Assembly (NCBI GenBank): GCA_964499705.1
Contig: CAZCME010000002.1
Span: 372,001 to 436,000 of the forward strand
Length of the DNA: 64,000 nt
Source: an uncultured bacterium
Lineage (GTDB): Bacteria > UBA8481
Reading direction: 5' to 3'
Under the pieces are notes generated by a model. It worked only from the letters and a program-made list of their open reading frames with translations, was not told where the DNA came from and did no database searches. Position numbers and translations under genes: made by a program. Shown here one piece after another: positions 20,818 to 29,963 of the stretch. Position 1 is the first letter of the stretch. Every line of letters starts with the position of its first letter.

Positions 20818-21427
20818 AGGTCACATCTCCTGTCTCGAACCAGAGGATATATTCACGCGTCCATCTCCAGATGTTCCGTGCCATCTTCAGCTGGGCGTAC
20901 GTCCGATCGACGGCCAGGACATACCGCTTCGTCTCGCCCTTGTCGAAACCGCTGACATCGGAGTCCCGCGCGGCGGGAGAGCGAAGCCAGATCCGGACGG
21001 CGCGGGGGCCGCCATTATACGCCGCAACAGCCAGGTTTGTATCGCGGAAATCGCGGAGCATCGTCCGCATGTAGAGGGCGCCGAGGAGAATATTGACCCG
21101 GGGATCGAAGAGCGCGTCGGTGTCCTTCAGGCGGACACGATGCGTTCGCGCGACCTGGCGGGCGGTCCCGGGGAGGAGCTGCATGAGGCCGACGGCGCCC
21201 TGCGGCGAAACGGCGCGGGGTCGGAACTTGCTTTCGACGTAGACAAGCGACGTGATGAAGAGCGGATCGAGCGCGGTGGAATCGGCCGCGGCCCTGATCT
21301 CCTTCTGAAAGTAGCGGCGGGAGAATTCGTCCTCGGCGATGTCGCCGATCCTGTCACCGAGCAGAAATATCGCGACAGCCAGAGCGATGAAGCTGAATAA
21401 GAGGAGACGGCGGATGAATCGCATCAC
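20807..21427 (-). CDS. Lytic transglycosylase (SLT domain)
   Basis: VESKF...AVS..GAVGLMQL.P.TA, AAYNGG, ET..YV; N-terminal TM segment. Confidence 0.92.
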   Translation of the reverse strand: MMRFIRRLLLFSFIALAVAIFLLGDRIGDIAEDEFSRRYFQKEIRAAADSTALDPLFITSLVYVESKFRPRAVSPQGAVGLMQLLPGTARQVARTHRVRLKDTDALFDPRVNILLGALYMRTMLRDFRDTNLAVAAYNGGPRAVRIWLRSPAARDSDVSGFDKGETKRYVLAVDRTYAQLKMARNIWRWTREYILWFETGDVTFEI

Positions 21428-21451
21428 GCGGGACGAGAAACCGGGCCGCGG

Positions 21452-22756
21452 TCATTCACTGAGGAAGAAGGGAGCGCAGGAATTCACGCGGATATGACGG
21501 ATCTCGCCGGGCGCGCCTCCCTGGAAGCGAGCCAGGATATTCTGGCGCGTGCGCCCCGATCCTTCACGCTCCACGAGAACCTCGACGTTCTTCCCGACGT
21601 CGCGCAAACGCCTTGCGCCGGCCGCCAGTTCCACGAGCGCGAGCAGTTCATTGCAGCGGCGGAGCCGTTCGGGCTCGGGCACCTTCTCCAGCTTTTCGCC
21701 CGCATTCACGGCAGGTGTGCCCGGGCGCTCGGAGTAGGCATACACGTAGGCGCCGTCGAGAGCGGAGCGCTCGATCAGGGCCAGGGTCATGGCGTGATCG
21801 TCGAGCGTTTCGCCGTCAAAACCCGCGATGAGGTCCGTGGTGACGGCGGTGTCCGGCCGGAGCCGCCGGACTTCATCGACAATTTCCAGATATCGAGCGG
21901 CGGTATAACCTCGGTGCATGTTCCTGAGGACGCGGTCGGAGCCGGACTGGATGGGAATATGGAGATGGGGCATGACGCGCGTCAATTCCGCGAATCCCGC
22001 AAGGAAGCGTCGATCGATATAGGCGGGGTGGGAAGTGGCGAACCGGATGCGCGGGATGGACGTTTCCGCTTCGACGCGACGGAGCAGATCGATGAGCCGG
22101 GGAATGCGCGGATTGTCGAGGCCGTAGTAGGAGATGTTCTGCCCGATCAACGTGACTTCCCTGTACCCGCGCCGTTCGAGCGAGCGCACCTCCTCGATGA
22201 TCACTTCCGGCTGCTTCGATTCGGCGGCGCCGCGCCGGGACGGGACGACGCAGAACGTGCAGGCATTGGAGCAGCCCTGCATGACCGTGACGAAGGCGGA
22301 AAGGCCGGGGATGTCGTCGCAGGAGATATCCTCGGGGGGCAGGAGCCATTCGCCGCCGATATCGACGACCGGTTTTCCATTCGCCCGTTCGACCGCGTCG
22401 GCGATCCGCGCGATGCGGCGCGGACCCAGGACGACATTGACGCCGTGACGGTTGACGAGGTCGGCAGCGCCTTCTTCGGTCACGAGGCATCCGCAGACCG
22501 CGATTTTCAGCGCGGGCGCGGACGCATCTCCCGCGCGTGCTTCTTCCGCTCGACGCTTCTTCAGGCGTCCGAGGAGCGAATAGACCTTGTCCTCGGCACG
22601 CTGGCGGATGGCGCAGGTTTCGAGGATAACGAGGGAAGCCTGCTCGATTTCATCCGTAATCGCGTATCCGGCGCGGGTCAGGAGAGCCGCCATGATTCCG
22701 GATTCCTGGCGGTTCATCTGGCATCCGAAGGTGGCGATATGAGCTCGCGGGATCAT
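21452..22756 (-). CDS. miaB: tRNA-2-methylthio-N6-dimethylallyladenosine synthase
   Basis: TFGCQMN, TCAIRQRAE.KV, GCSNACTFCVVP, RIRFATSHP, QSGSD, YSERPGTPA. Confidence 0.93.
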   Translation of the reverse strand: MIPRAHIATFGCQMNRQESGIMAALLTRAGYAITDEIEQASLVILETCAIRQRAEDKVYSLLGRLKKRRAEEARAGDASAPALKIAVCGCLVTEEGAADLVNRHGVNVVLGPRRIARIADAVERANGKPVVDIGGEWLLPPEDISCDDIPGLSAFVTVMQGCSNACTFCVVPSRRGAAESKQPEVIIEEVRSLERRGYREVTLIGQNISYYGLDNPRIPRLIDLLRRVEAETSIPRIRFATSHPAYIDRRFLAGFAELTRVMPHLHIPIQSGSDRVLRNMHRGYTAARYLEIVDEVRRLRPDTAVTTDLIAGFDGETLDDHAMTLALIERSALDGAYVYAYSERPGTPAVNAGEKLEKVPEPERLRRCNELLALVELAAGARRLRDVGKNVEVLVEREGSGRTRQNILARFQGGAPGEIRHIRVNSCAPFFLSE

Positions 22757-22774
22757 GTGGGGAAGTTTACGGGA

Positions 22775-22802
22775 AAATTCGCGATTCGAAATCCAAATTC
22801 TC
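22775..22802. repeat. Degenerate heptamer tandem repeat (AAATTCG CGATTCG AAATCCA AATTCTC)
   Basis: Read directly; resembles 4430-4450. Confidence 0.4.
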
Positions 22803-23016
22803 GATCAGGTTCGGTGCATGTCGCGCGACAGCGCGAAGCCGCGCTGTTGCTTTTCGCGCAACGGAGCACCGTGTTTGTGCTCGTCGTTGCCGGCACGTTG
22901 CATTAACGGACCCGATTTGCACAGCGCTTTTCGCGTTCGCTTCGGAATCCTATTTTTCCGGTCGGAACGGATTGAAAATCTGGAGATCGCCGTGCTAGCT
23001 TCATAGAACTGGCATC

Positions 23017-23427
23017 ATGACGCAGGTACGAAACAGATTCACGCATCCCGCCCGGCAGGTCGCCATCCTGTTGATTGCCGACATGCAGGTGCGCGGGCGC
23101 ATGGGGGATTCGTTCGCCCGTAACGGATATGATCCCGTCCACGCCCGGGATGAAGCGGACGCCATGGAACTCTGTCGCAACCAGCCTGATTCCTTCGCTC
23201 TGCTTGTCTGCGATGAATTCTGGAAGAGGCTGATGAAAACGGGGCGGGAGAACACTCCGCCCGACCACGCGCAACGGTCCATGGATCAGATTCCGTTTCT
23301 GCTTCTTGCGGACAACGGATGCCAGAATCCGACGAACAGGCACGACAGGGTCTGGTGCGGGCTCTTTCCCGCGACATTTCCCGCCGAGGAAGTGATCTAT
23401 TATTTCTGCCGTGCCGGAAGGAATTGA
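23017..23427 (+). CDS. Degenerate receiver-like domain protein
   Basis: ILLIAD...F..NGY...A....AM....FALLVCD pattern; no acidic pair and no KP motif. Confidence 0.55.
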   Translation: MTQVRNRFTHPARQVAILLIADMQVRGRMGDSFARNGYDPVHARDEADAMELCRNQPDSFALLVCDEFWKRLMKTGRENTPPDHAQRSMDQIPFLLLADNGCQNPTNRHDRVWCGLFPATFPAEEVIYYFCRAGRN

Positions 23428-23431
23428 AACC

Positions 23432-23911
23432 ATGAATCAGGAACCGGGGATGCTGGCTTCACAGCCGGCGAGGGGGGAGGGCATGCCTCGCGCGTGGGAA
23501 GCCATGGAGCATGCGGAGACAGACGGCGGCGCAGGGGGATCTGGTCTATTCAGCGGCCGCCCGTCTGTTCTCCTCGTGGAGGGAGATTCGCTGCCGGGCG
23601 AAGGACTGGCCGATTGTTTCCGGTCGAACGGATACTGCGTGACGACGATGAAGCAACCTCTGGAGGTCCTGGAAAAATACGATTCCGGAGATCACACCTT
23701 CGATCTGCTGGTGTGCGAGGGTTCGAGAAACAACCTGACTCTGGCTGCGTTGATGCAGGCGCGCCATCCCGCGCCCAAGATCCTCTTCGTCAACGGCCAC
23801 CAGTCGGCCATACCGTTCCGTCTCTATCGTGAATCCGGATGCGGATTCCTGAGGAGGTCGTTCACCCGGGAGGAGTTGCTGGATGCCGCGTCGGGAATCC
23901 TGGAGCATTAA
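23432..23911 (+). CDS. Pseudo-receiver domain protein
   Basis: VLLVEGD...NGY.V...FDLLVCE...KILFVNG...FLRRSFTREELL; phospho-Asp replaced by Glu and Lys by Arg. Confidence 0.7.
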   Translation: MNQEPGMLASQPARGEGMPRAWEAMEHAETDGGAGGSGLFSGRPSVLLVEGDSLPGEGLADCFRSNGYCVTTMKQPLEVLEKYDSGDHTFDLLVCEGSRNNLTLAALMQARHPAPKILFVNGHQSAIPFRLYRESGCGFLRRSFTREELLDAASGILEH

Positions 23912-23997
23912 CGCTCAATAGCCGAAGGGTTTTCGTGATCGCTCCAGATTTTCCTTTCCATACCGCCCGATTGTGATACGGTTCTTCTGTCCCAATC

Positions 23998-24035
23998 GAG
24001 CGGTGCCCGGTTTCCACGGCCGAATCGTACTGCTC
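23998..24035 (+). promoter_or_regulatory. Structured rpsO 5' leader (candidate S15 autoregulatory RNA)
   Basis: GAGCGGTGC (23998-24006) can pair with GTACTGCTC (24027-24035), enclosing an inner hairpin, about 30 nt before the rpsO start. Confidence 0.45.
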
Positions 24036-24066
24036 CACGGGCGAATTTAATCTGGAGGCATTACCA

Positions 24067-24336
24067 GTGGTTATGGAAAAGGACAACAAGTCCAGCGTCA
24101 TGGTGAAGGTGAGGCGGCACGAGCGGGATACAGGATCCGCCGAAGTGCAGGTCGCTCTTCTCACGGAGCGGATCAACTCTCTGACAGCTCACTTCGATAT
24201 TCACAAGAAGGATCATCATTCCCGCCGTGGGCTCCTGAAGATGGTCGGCCGCCGCAGAAAGCTCCTTGATTACCTCAAGTCGAGCGATTTCGCGAAGTAC
24301 ACGGCCGTTCTTAAGAAACTGGACCTGAGGAAGTAG
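24067..24336 (+). CDS. rpsO: 30S ribosomal protein S15
   Basis: [45 protein letters not shown]. Confidence 0.98.
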   Translation: MVMEKDNKSSVMVKVRRHERDTGSAEVQVALLTERINSLTAHFDIHKKDHHSRRGLLKMVGRRRKLLDYLKSSDFAKYTAVLKKLDLRK

Positions 24337-24347
24337 AATCCGATTCC

Positions 24348-24372
24348 CGCCTTCGCGCCTGGCGCGAAGGCG
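24348..24372 (+). terminator. GC-rich hairpin after rpsO (no U-tract)
   Basis: CGCCTTCGCGCC-T-GGCGCGAAGGCG perfect inverted repeat. Confidence 0.5.
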
Positions 24373-24559
24373 AGGGTCGGGATGGAAGTTAATGTTTGCG
24401 ATGGTGGGGAGATTCCCCGAAAAACGGCAAGCGCCGCGACCGGCTTCACGGCCGCTCCGCGACTCTTTTCGTTTTTTCGGGAACAAGACTCAAAGGACCC
24501 CGCCTCGCCTGTTCGACCGTTTCAAAAGCTGGAACGGTCATGCCCAAGGAGGCAATTCA

Positions 24560-26851
24560 ATGTCTATTCACAAAGTGGAACGTGTCATCGATGGAGTCAC
24601 GTACTCGATCGAAACGGGAAGAATCGCGAAGCAGGCTCATGGATCGGTCACGGTCCGGGCCGGCGGCACGATCGTGCTCTGCACCGCCGTCATCGCGCCG
24701 GAACCGAAGCCGGGCGGAGACTTTCTCCCGCTGACGGTCGACTACCGCGAGCAGTTCTACGCGGCCGGAAAGATCCCGGGCGGATTCTTCAAGCGAGAGT
24801 CCAAGCCCGACGAGCGCTGCACTCTGGTCGCGCGCCTCATCGACCGCCCGGTCCGGCCGCTCGTTCCCGACGGCGTCTACAACGAGATTGTCATCACCTG
24901 CCTCGTCATTTCCCACGATGGAATCCACAGCTCAGATATCCTCGCCATGAACGGCGCATCCGCCGCGATGGCGCTTTCGCAGATTCCGTTCAACGGTCCG
25001 ATCGGCGGCATCCGCGTCGGCCGCATCGAGGGCAAGCTGATCGCCAATCCGACGTATGAGCAGCTCGCGGAGTGCGATCTGAACGTGCTGGTCGCCTCCA
25101 CGAAGAACGCGATCTGCATGGTCGAAGCCGGCGTGAAGATCCTTTCCGAGGACGAAGTCATCGCCGCGATCGAATACGGCAAGAAGATGGGCCTCGAGTT
25201 CATCGGCATGCAGGACGAGCTCGTGAAGCTGGCGGGCACCCCGAAAATGGCGGTTCCCGTTCAGGCGAAGAACGAAGCGCTCGAAAAGGAAATCCGCGCA
25301 AAGGTCCAGGCCCGTATCGAGAAAGCCTCCGCCAACGCGGACAAGCTCTCGCGCCAGGCGGACATCGACGCGATCAACGCGGAGATCACTGCGGCGTATT
25401 CAGGCGAAGGGCAGGAAGACATGCTTGCGGACGCGAAGCATATCCTCGAATCGATCGAAGTCGACGCCGTGCGTCACGCGATCATCGAGAAGAAGATCCG
25501 GCCCGACGGCAGGAAGCATGACGAGATCCGCGCGATCTCCATCGAGCTCTCCCCTCTCCCCGGCGCTCACGGCTCCGCCATCTTCACGCGCGGACAGACG
25601 CAGGCCCTCGGGGTCACCACGCTCGGCACGGCCCGCGACCGCCGCCGCCGCGACGACATCGAGGGCGAAGGCGAGGAGAACTTCCTCTTCCACTACAACT
25701 TCCCCCCGTTCTCCGTCGCCGAAGCCAAGGCGATCCGCGGCACCGGCCGCAGGGAAATCGGCCACGGAGCATTGGCCGGGCGCGCGCTCGAACCGCTCCT
25801 TCCCGCCATCGAAAACTTCCCGTATATGATCCGCGTCGTCTCCGACATTCTGGAGTCGAACGGGTCTTCATCCATGGCGTCGGTCTGCGCGGGTTGCATG
25901 TCCATGATGGACGCGGGCGTTCCGATCAAGTCGCACGCGGCCGGAATCGCGATGGGCCTTATCACAGACGACAAGGGTGGCTACGCCATCCTCACGGACA
26001 TCCAGGGCGTCGAAGATCACTTCGGCGACATGGACTTCAAGGTCGCCGGCACGCGCGAAGGCATCACGGCGCTGCAGATGGACATCAAGATCGAGGGATT
26101 GACGATCGACCTGATGAAGCAGGCTCTTTCGCAGGCGAAGACGGCGCGTCTTCACATCATCGAGAAGATGGAAGCCGCGATCGCCAAGCCCCGCGAGGCT
26201 TTGGCGGATAACGCGCCGAGACTTCTCACGATCAAGGTCCCCGAGGACAAGATCAAGGACATCATCGGCCCCGGCGGCAAGATGATCAGAAAGATCCAGG
26301 CGGAATCCGGCGCGGAGCTGGACATGGCCGACGACGGAACCCTGACGATCGCGGCATGGGACAATGTTTCCGGCGCGCGGGCGAAGGAGATGGTCGAGTA
26401 TCTGACGGCGACGGCGGAAGTGGGACAGGTCTTCGAAGGCAAAGTTGTTCGCCTCATGAAGTTCGGCGCCTTCGTCGAGTTCATGCCGGGCAAGGACGGC
26501 CTGGTTCACATCTCGCAGCTCGATGTCGTCGCTCCCCGTAACGTCGAGGACTGCGTCAAAGAGGGCGACATGATCAAGGTCAAGGTCGTCGAAGTCGACG
26601 GCATGGGCCGGATCAATCTCTCCCGCAAGGTCTGCCTGCTCGAGGAGCAGGGCCTTTCGCAGCAGGAAATCGCCGAGCGGTATGCGGCGGACATGGCGGA
26701 TCGCGGACCCCGATCGAGCGGCGATCGCGGCGGACGTGGCGGCGACAGAGACCGTGGCGGACGAGGCGGCGACAGGGATCGTGGCGGACGAGGCGGAGAT
26801 CGCGGCGGACGCGGCGGCGACAGGGATCGCGGCGGACGCGGGCGATACTGA
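24560..26851 (+). CDS. pnp: Polyribonucleotide nucleotidyltransferase
   Basis: AGGAGG SD; PLTVDY.E..YAAGKIPGGFFKRE, RREIGHG, ESNGSSSMAS, GDMDFKVAG, KH and S1 domains, RGG tail. Confidence 0.98.
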   Translation: MSIHKVERVIDGVTYSIETGRIAKQAHGSVTVRAGGTIVLCTAVIAPEPKPGGDFLPLTVDYREQFYAAGKIPGGFFKRESKPDERCTLVARLIDRPVRPLVPDGVYNEIVITCLVISHDGIHSSDILAMNGASAAMALSQIPFNGPIGGIRVGRIEGKLIANPTYEQLAECDLNVLVASTKNAICMVEAGVKILSEDEVIAAIEYGKKMGLEFIGMQDELVKLAGTPKMAVPVQAKNEALEKEIRAKVQARIEKASANADKLSRQADIDAINAEITAAYSGEGQEDMLADAKHILESIEVDAVRHAIIEKKIRPDGRKHDEIRAISIELSPLPGAHGSAIFTRGQTQALGVTTLGTARDRRRRDDIEGEGEENFLFHYNFPPFSVAEAKAIRGTGRREIGHGALAGRALEPLLPAIENFPYMIRVVSDILESNGSSSMASVCAGCMSMMDAGVPIKSHAAGIAMGLITDDKGGYAILTDIQGVEDHFGDMDFKVAGTREGITALQMDIKIEGLTIDLMKQALSQAKTARLHIIEKMEAAIAKPREALADNAPRLLTIKVPEDKIKDIIGPGGKMIRKIQAESGAELDMADDGTLTIAAWDNVSGARAKEMVEYLTATAEVGQVFEGKVVRLMKFGAFVEFMPGKDGLVHISQLDVVAPRNVEDCVKEGDMIKVKVVEVDGMGRINLSRKVCLLEEQGLSQQEIAERYAADMADRGPRSSGDRGGRGGDRDRGGRGGDRDRGGRGGDRGGRGGDRDRGGRGRY
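26720..26845 (+). repeat. Coding tandem repeats (GDRDRGGRG / GDRGGRG) in the PNPase tail
   Basis: About five 21-27 nt units seen directly in DNA and protein. Confidence 0.9.
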
Positions 26852-26854
26852 AGA

Positions 26855-26889
26855 GAAGGATGAAGGATGAAATATGAAGGATGAAATTT
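26855..26889. repeat. Heptamer tandem repeat (GAAGGAT x3 plus two variants)
   Basis: GAAGGAT GAAGGAT GAAATAT GAAGGAT GAAATTT just after the pnp stop. Confidence 0.8.
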
Positions 26890-26922
26890 TATCCTGACAT
26901 GGTTCTGACTTCTTCTTTGTAG

Positions 26923-27723
26923 GTGACTCTGCTTCAAGCGGCGATCCTGGGAATCATCCAGGGCTTGACGGAGTATCTTCCCATTTCCTCCACGGCGCAT
27001 CTGCGGATCGTTCCGGCCTTTCTGGGCTGGAGCGATCCGGGAGCGGCGTACACGGCGGTTATCCAGCTGGGAACACTGCTGGCGGTTCTCATCTATTTCC
27101 GAAAAGACCTGGCGTCGCTGGCGCGAGGATCCTTCCGCGATCTTCGATCCGACGCGCATTGGGGACAGGACGCGCGGACCGTGGCGGCCATCCTCGCGGG
27201 AACTTTGCCCATCGGCATCGCAGGAATTCTCTTCAAGAAAAGCATCGAGTCGACGCTGCGGGGCCTTCCTGTCATCGCGGGTTCGCTGATCCTTCTGGCG
27301 GTGATCCTCGCATGGGCGGAGCGGGCGGGCCGGCGTAATCGGGATTCCACAACGCTCGGCTTCGGCGAAATTCAGATCATTGGCCTCGCGCAGGCGCTTG
27401 CCTTGATTCCAGGCGCGTCCCGGTCGGGCACCACCCTGACCGCGGCACTGTTCCTCGGATTGAAACGAGACGAAGCGGCGCGCTTTTCGTTTCTCCTGGG
27501 AATCCCCGCGATCACGGCGGCGGGATTGTTCGAATTGAAGCATCTCCTTGATGCCGGGATCTCGTCCGGCGAGATGGATGCGCTTGTCGTGGGCACGATC
27601 GCGGCGTTCGTTTCCGGATGGATCGCGATCGAGGGGTTGTTGCGATTCCTCAAGACTCGGTCGACGTTGGTCTTCATCGTCTATCGGATCGCGCTGGGAT
27701 TCGGCATTCTCGGAATGCTGTAA
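26923..27723 (+). CDS. uppP: Undecaprenyl-diphosphatase (BacA family)
   Basis: LGIIQGLTEYLPISSTAHL, IQLG, PGASRSGTT, AARFSFLL. Confidence 0.96.
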   Translation: MTLLQAAILGIIQGLTEYLPISSTAHLRIVPAFLGWSDPGAAYTAVIQLGTLLAVLIYFRKDLASLARGSFRDLRSDAHWGQDARTVAAILAGTLPIGIAGILFKKSIESTLRGLPVIAGSLILLAVILAWAERAGRRNRDSTTLGFGEIQIIGLAQALALIPGASRSGTTLTAALFLGLKRDEAARFSFLLGIPAITAAGLFELKHLLDAGISSGEMDALVVGTIAAFVSGWIAIEGLLRFLKTRSTLVFIVYRIALGFGILGML

Positions 27724-27777
27724 CCCGGCCGAGAGAGAAAACTTGCTTCTTCTCGAACCCCTTCGTACATTCTTTCC

Positions 27778-29298
27778 GTGAAGAACGCACCGTCATTTCC
27801 CGAGGAGCGTGTCGAGCCGGACCGGAATGAATTTCACCGGAAGGCGAAGACCGCGAACCTCATACCCGTCCACGCGGAGATACTCGCGGATGACCTGACT
27901 CCCATTTCGGCGTACAGGACGCTCGTCGGCGACGGAACCGGGTTCCTGCTGGAATCGGTGGAGCGTGGCGAGAAAGTCGGGCGGTATTCGTTCATCGGCC
28001 TGGAGCCCTGGGATGTGATCTCCACCGACGGCGAGGATCCGCTGTCGGTTGTGGAGCGGCGCATGGCAGCTTACCGTGTCGCGGTCGATCCGCGGTTGCC
28101 CCGGTTCTCCGGCGGCGCCGTCGGCTACATCGGCTATGACTGCATCCGCTATTTCGAGCCGCGGCTCCGCGGATTCGGCAACCTGAAGGACCGGCACGAC
28201 GCATCGGGGATCGGCCTGCCGGAAGCGGCCTTCCAGATCGCGGGCAAGCTCGTCATCTTCGATCACGTGAAGCGGCGCGCGCGTCTTGTGGCGAATGCCT
28301 ACATCGAGGACGGGACCGATCCCGAGCTGGCGTACGACAAGGCTCTCATGACGCTCGCGGACCTGGCTCGGCGGCTGGAGAACGGCGCGACGGCCGTTCC
28401 TAAGCGGCCGCTGCTGGGCGCGGCCGCGGAGATACGGGGAATTGCGGAGCGGGAGAAGCTGCTGGCGTCCGTCTCCGCGAACATGACACGGGCGGAGTAC
28501 GAGGCCTCGGTCGAGAAGGCGAAGCGCTATATCGAGGCGGGGGATATATTCCAGGTCGTACTGTCGCAGCGCTTCGAGCGGCAAGTGACGGCGAATTCCT
28601 TCGACATCTATCGCGCGCTGCGGGCCACGAATCCTTCTCCGTACATGTACTACATGAAATTTCCCGGCTTCACGATCGCGGGATCGTCGCCGGAGGTCAT
28701 GGTCCGGCTGGAGGGAAATGCGATCACCTTGCGGCCGATCGCCGGAACCAGGCCGCGCGGCGCGGACGAGGCGGAGGACCGGGCCCTGGAATCGGAACTC
28801 CTGGCGGATGCCAAGGAACGCGCGGAGCATATCATGCTCGTGGACCTGGGCCGGAATGACGTCGGCCGCGTTGCGCGCCACGGATCGGTGAACGTGAACG
28901 ACCTCATGGTCGTGGAACGGTACAGCCATGTGATGCACATTGTTTCGAATGTCGTGGGAGAACTCGACGGCAGAAAGAGCGCCTGCGATGTCATCCGCTC
29001 GGCCTTTCCCGCCGGCACCGTATCGGGCGCGCCGAAGATCCGCGCGATGGAGATCATCGCGGAACTGGAACCGACGCGGCGCGGTCCGTATGCGGGCGCG
29101 CTCGGGTATATCGGCTTCGATGGAAACGCGGACACGGCGATCGTTCTCCGGACGATCGTCCTGAAGGATGGCACGGCCTATATTCAGTCCGGCGGTGGAA
29201 TCGTCTATGATTCCGTGCCGTTGAAGGAATATGAAGAATCCGTCAACAAGGCGTCGGCGATGATGAAAGCCCTTGTGTGGGCGGAGGAAGGGCTATGA
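27778..29298 (+). CDS. trpE: Anthranilate synthase component I
   Basis: LLESVE...GRYSF, GDIFQVVLSQ, NPSPYM, PIAGTRPRG, HIMLVDLGRND, FPAGTVSGAPK. Confidence 0.95.
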   Translation: MKNAPSFPEERVEPDRNEFHRKAKTANLIPVHAEILADDLTPISAYRTLVGDGTGFLLESVERGEKVGRYSFIGLEPWDVISTDGEDPLSVVERRMAAYRVAVDPRLPRFSGGAVGYIGYDCIRYFEPRLRGFGNLKDRHDASGIGLPEAAFQIAGKLVIFDHVKRRARLVANAYIEDGTDPELAYDKALMTLADLARRLENGATAVPKRPLLGAAAEIRGIAEREKLLASVSANMTRAEYEASVEKAKRYIEAGDIFQVVLSQRFERQVTANSFDIYRALRATNPSPYMYYMKFPGFTIAGSSPEVMVRLEGNAITLRPIAGTRPRGADEAEDRALESELLADAKERAEHIMLVDLGRNDVGRVARHGSVNVNDLMVVERYSHVMHIVSNVVGELDGRKSACDVIRSAFPAGTVSGAPKIRAMEIIAELEPTRRGPYAGALGYIGFDGNADTAIVLRTIVLKDGTAYIQSGGGIVYDSVPLKEYEESVNKASAMMKALVWAEEGL

Positions 29299-29933
29299 CG
29301 AAATCCGAAGTTCCGCTTCCTCTACTCGTGCTGGATAACTACGACTCCTTCACGTACAACCTGGTTCAGTACCTGGGCGAACTGGGAGCCGATCCCGTGG
29401 TGAAACGCAACGACGAGATCTCCGTCGCGGAGATCGAGCGGCTGCATGCGGGCGGAGCCATACGCGGCGTCGTCATTTCTCCCGGCCCCTGCACTCCGAA
29501 CGAAGCCGGTGTATCCGTCGAGCTCATCCGACAACTCTCCGGCCGGTTCCCGATCCTGGGCGTCTGCCTCGGGCATCAATCGATCGGAGCGGCCTTCGGG
29601 GGCGAGATCGTCCGCGCGCCCGCGATTCGGCACGGGAAGACGTCCGAGATTTCCCATGACGGCAAGGGCGTCTATCGAGGCCTTCCGGATCCCTTCACGG
29701 CGACCCGCTATCATTCGCTCTGCATCCGCCCCGAGTCGATGCCCGAATCGCTCATCGTCACGTCCACGACCCACGACGAACTTCCGTCCGGTCAAGCGGA
29801 TGTCATCATGGGAGTGCGCCACCGAACCCATCCGACCGAGGGCGTCCAGTTCCATCCCGAATCGATCCTGACCGAGGTCGGGCACCAGCTGTTGGGCAAT
29901 TTCCTGGATATAGTGAAACAGGTTCGCGCCTGA
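29295..29933 (+). CDS. trpG: Anthranilate synthase component II (glutamine amidotransferase)
   Basis: DNYDSFTYNL, SPGP, GVCLGHQ, RYHSL, QFHPES; ATGA overlap with trpE. Confidence 0.95.
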   Translation: MTKSEVPLPLLVLDNYDSFTYNLVQYLGELGADPVVKRNDEISVAEIERLHAGGAIRGVVISPGPCTPNEAGVSVELIRQLSGRFPILGVCLGHQSIGAAFGGEIVRAPAIRHGKTSEISHDGKGVYRGLPDPFTATRYHSLCIRPESMPESLIVTSTTHDELPSGQADVIMGVRHRTHPTEGVQFHPESILTEVGHQLLGNFLDIVKQVRA

Positions 29934-29963
29934 GCGGGTCGTCACCCCGACAAGGCGATCAGC

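Noticed and set aside
24392-24559. N-terminal extension of PNPase in the ORF track; likewise extensions at 37025, 39197, 15188, 17882, 61978 and 63827
   Set aside because: They run through leaders, repeats or neighbouring genes; better starts with SD or stop-start overlap lie downstream.
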